Shown here piece by piece: positions 63,835-64,000 of a DNA stretch of 64,000 nucleotides. The position numbers were made by a program, and so were the translations under genes. Each line of letters starts with the position of its first letter. Positions within the stretch are counted from its first letter, which is position 1. Source of the stretch: an uncultured Spirochaetota bacterium (GTDB lineage: Bacteria; Spirochaetota; B62-G9; CAZFGQ01); assembly GCA_964518675.1 (NCBI GenBank), contig CAZFGQ010000004.1, positions 3,631-67,630 on the forward strand, read 5' to 3'. The notes beneath the pieces were generated by a model. The model was not told the origin of the DNA, made no database searches, and was given only the letters and a program-made list of their open reading frames with translations.

Positions 63835-64000
63835 GCGACAGGGACCGTGGGTTTTAAGGTAATACATATGAGAGGAGAGAGCATAAAAGCTCTCTCCTCT
63901 TTTTTTGTATTGATGGGCAATTTTTATTTTAGACAGGTTGACTAAAGGCAAAAAACTACATAAAATCGTATTGTGTATTTTATTTCAACCAACTTATGGA

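Overview
Bacterial chromosome window, AT-rich, with three parts: a minus-strand trp operon start, the conserved translation/transcription gene block on the plus strand, and an accessory envelope/signalling/glycan/flagellar region.

(1) 1-5300, minus strand: the start of a trp operon (trpE, then a fused trpG-trpD running off the window edge). It is preceded by a classical attenuator: a 28-aa leader peptide ending SWWWWFWG and an intrinsic terminator. Also here are a truncated MalG-type ABC permease remnant, an MBL-fold hydrolase and dtd.

(2) 5295-40212: a divergent EF-G paralog (minus strand) and an HtrA-like lipoprotein protease, then the conserved block on the plus strand: tRNA-Thr, rpmG, tRNA-Trp, secE, nusG, rplKAJL, rpoBC, rpsL, rpsG, fusA, tuf, and the S10/spc/alpha ribosomal-protein operons through rplQ. 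Notable deviations: rplC (L3) is missing between rpsJ and rplD; adk and map are absent; three intercistronic spacers are unusually long; L24 carries a C-terminal CxxC...CxxC tail.

(3) 40403-63834, accessory region:
- two uncharacterised genes fused onto the alpha operon;
- ApbE, an amino-acid-binding protein and a GerMN protein;
- a tightly coupled four-gene cluster: DUF192, an OM-like protein with an FxNxTG motif, a PEGA protein, and a CheW-like transmembrane coiled-coil protein;
- a HAMP adenylate cyclase and xseAB;
- a nonulosonic-acid-like glycan cluster with a degenerate radical-SAM fusion and a PseG-methyltransferase fusion;
- an AmiC-like amidase with a second GerMN protein;
- a FlaA (spirochaete flagellar sheath) homologue;
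- tRNA-Phe, tRNA-Thr and groL without groES.

No CRISPR array, IS element or transposase was seen. All calls come from reading the sequence and the ORF translations and comparing them with remembered family motifs. No database search was run.
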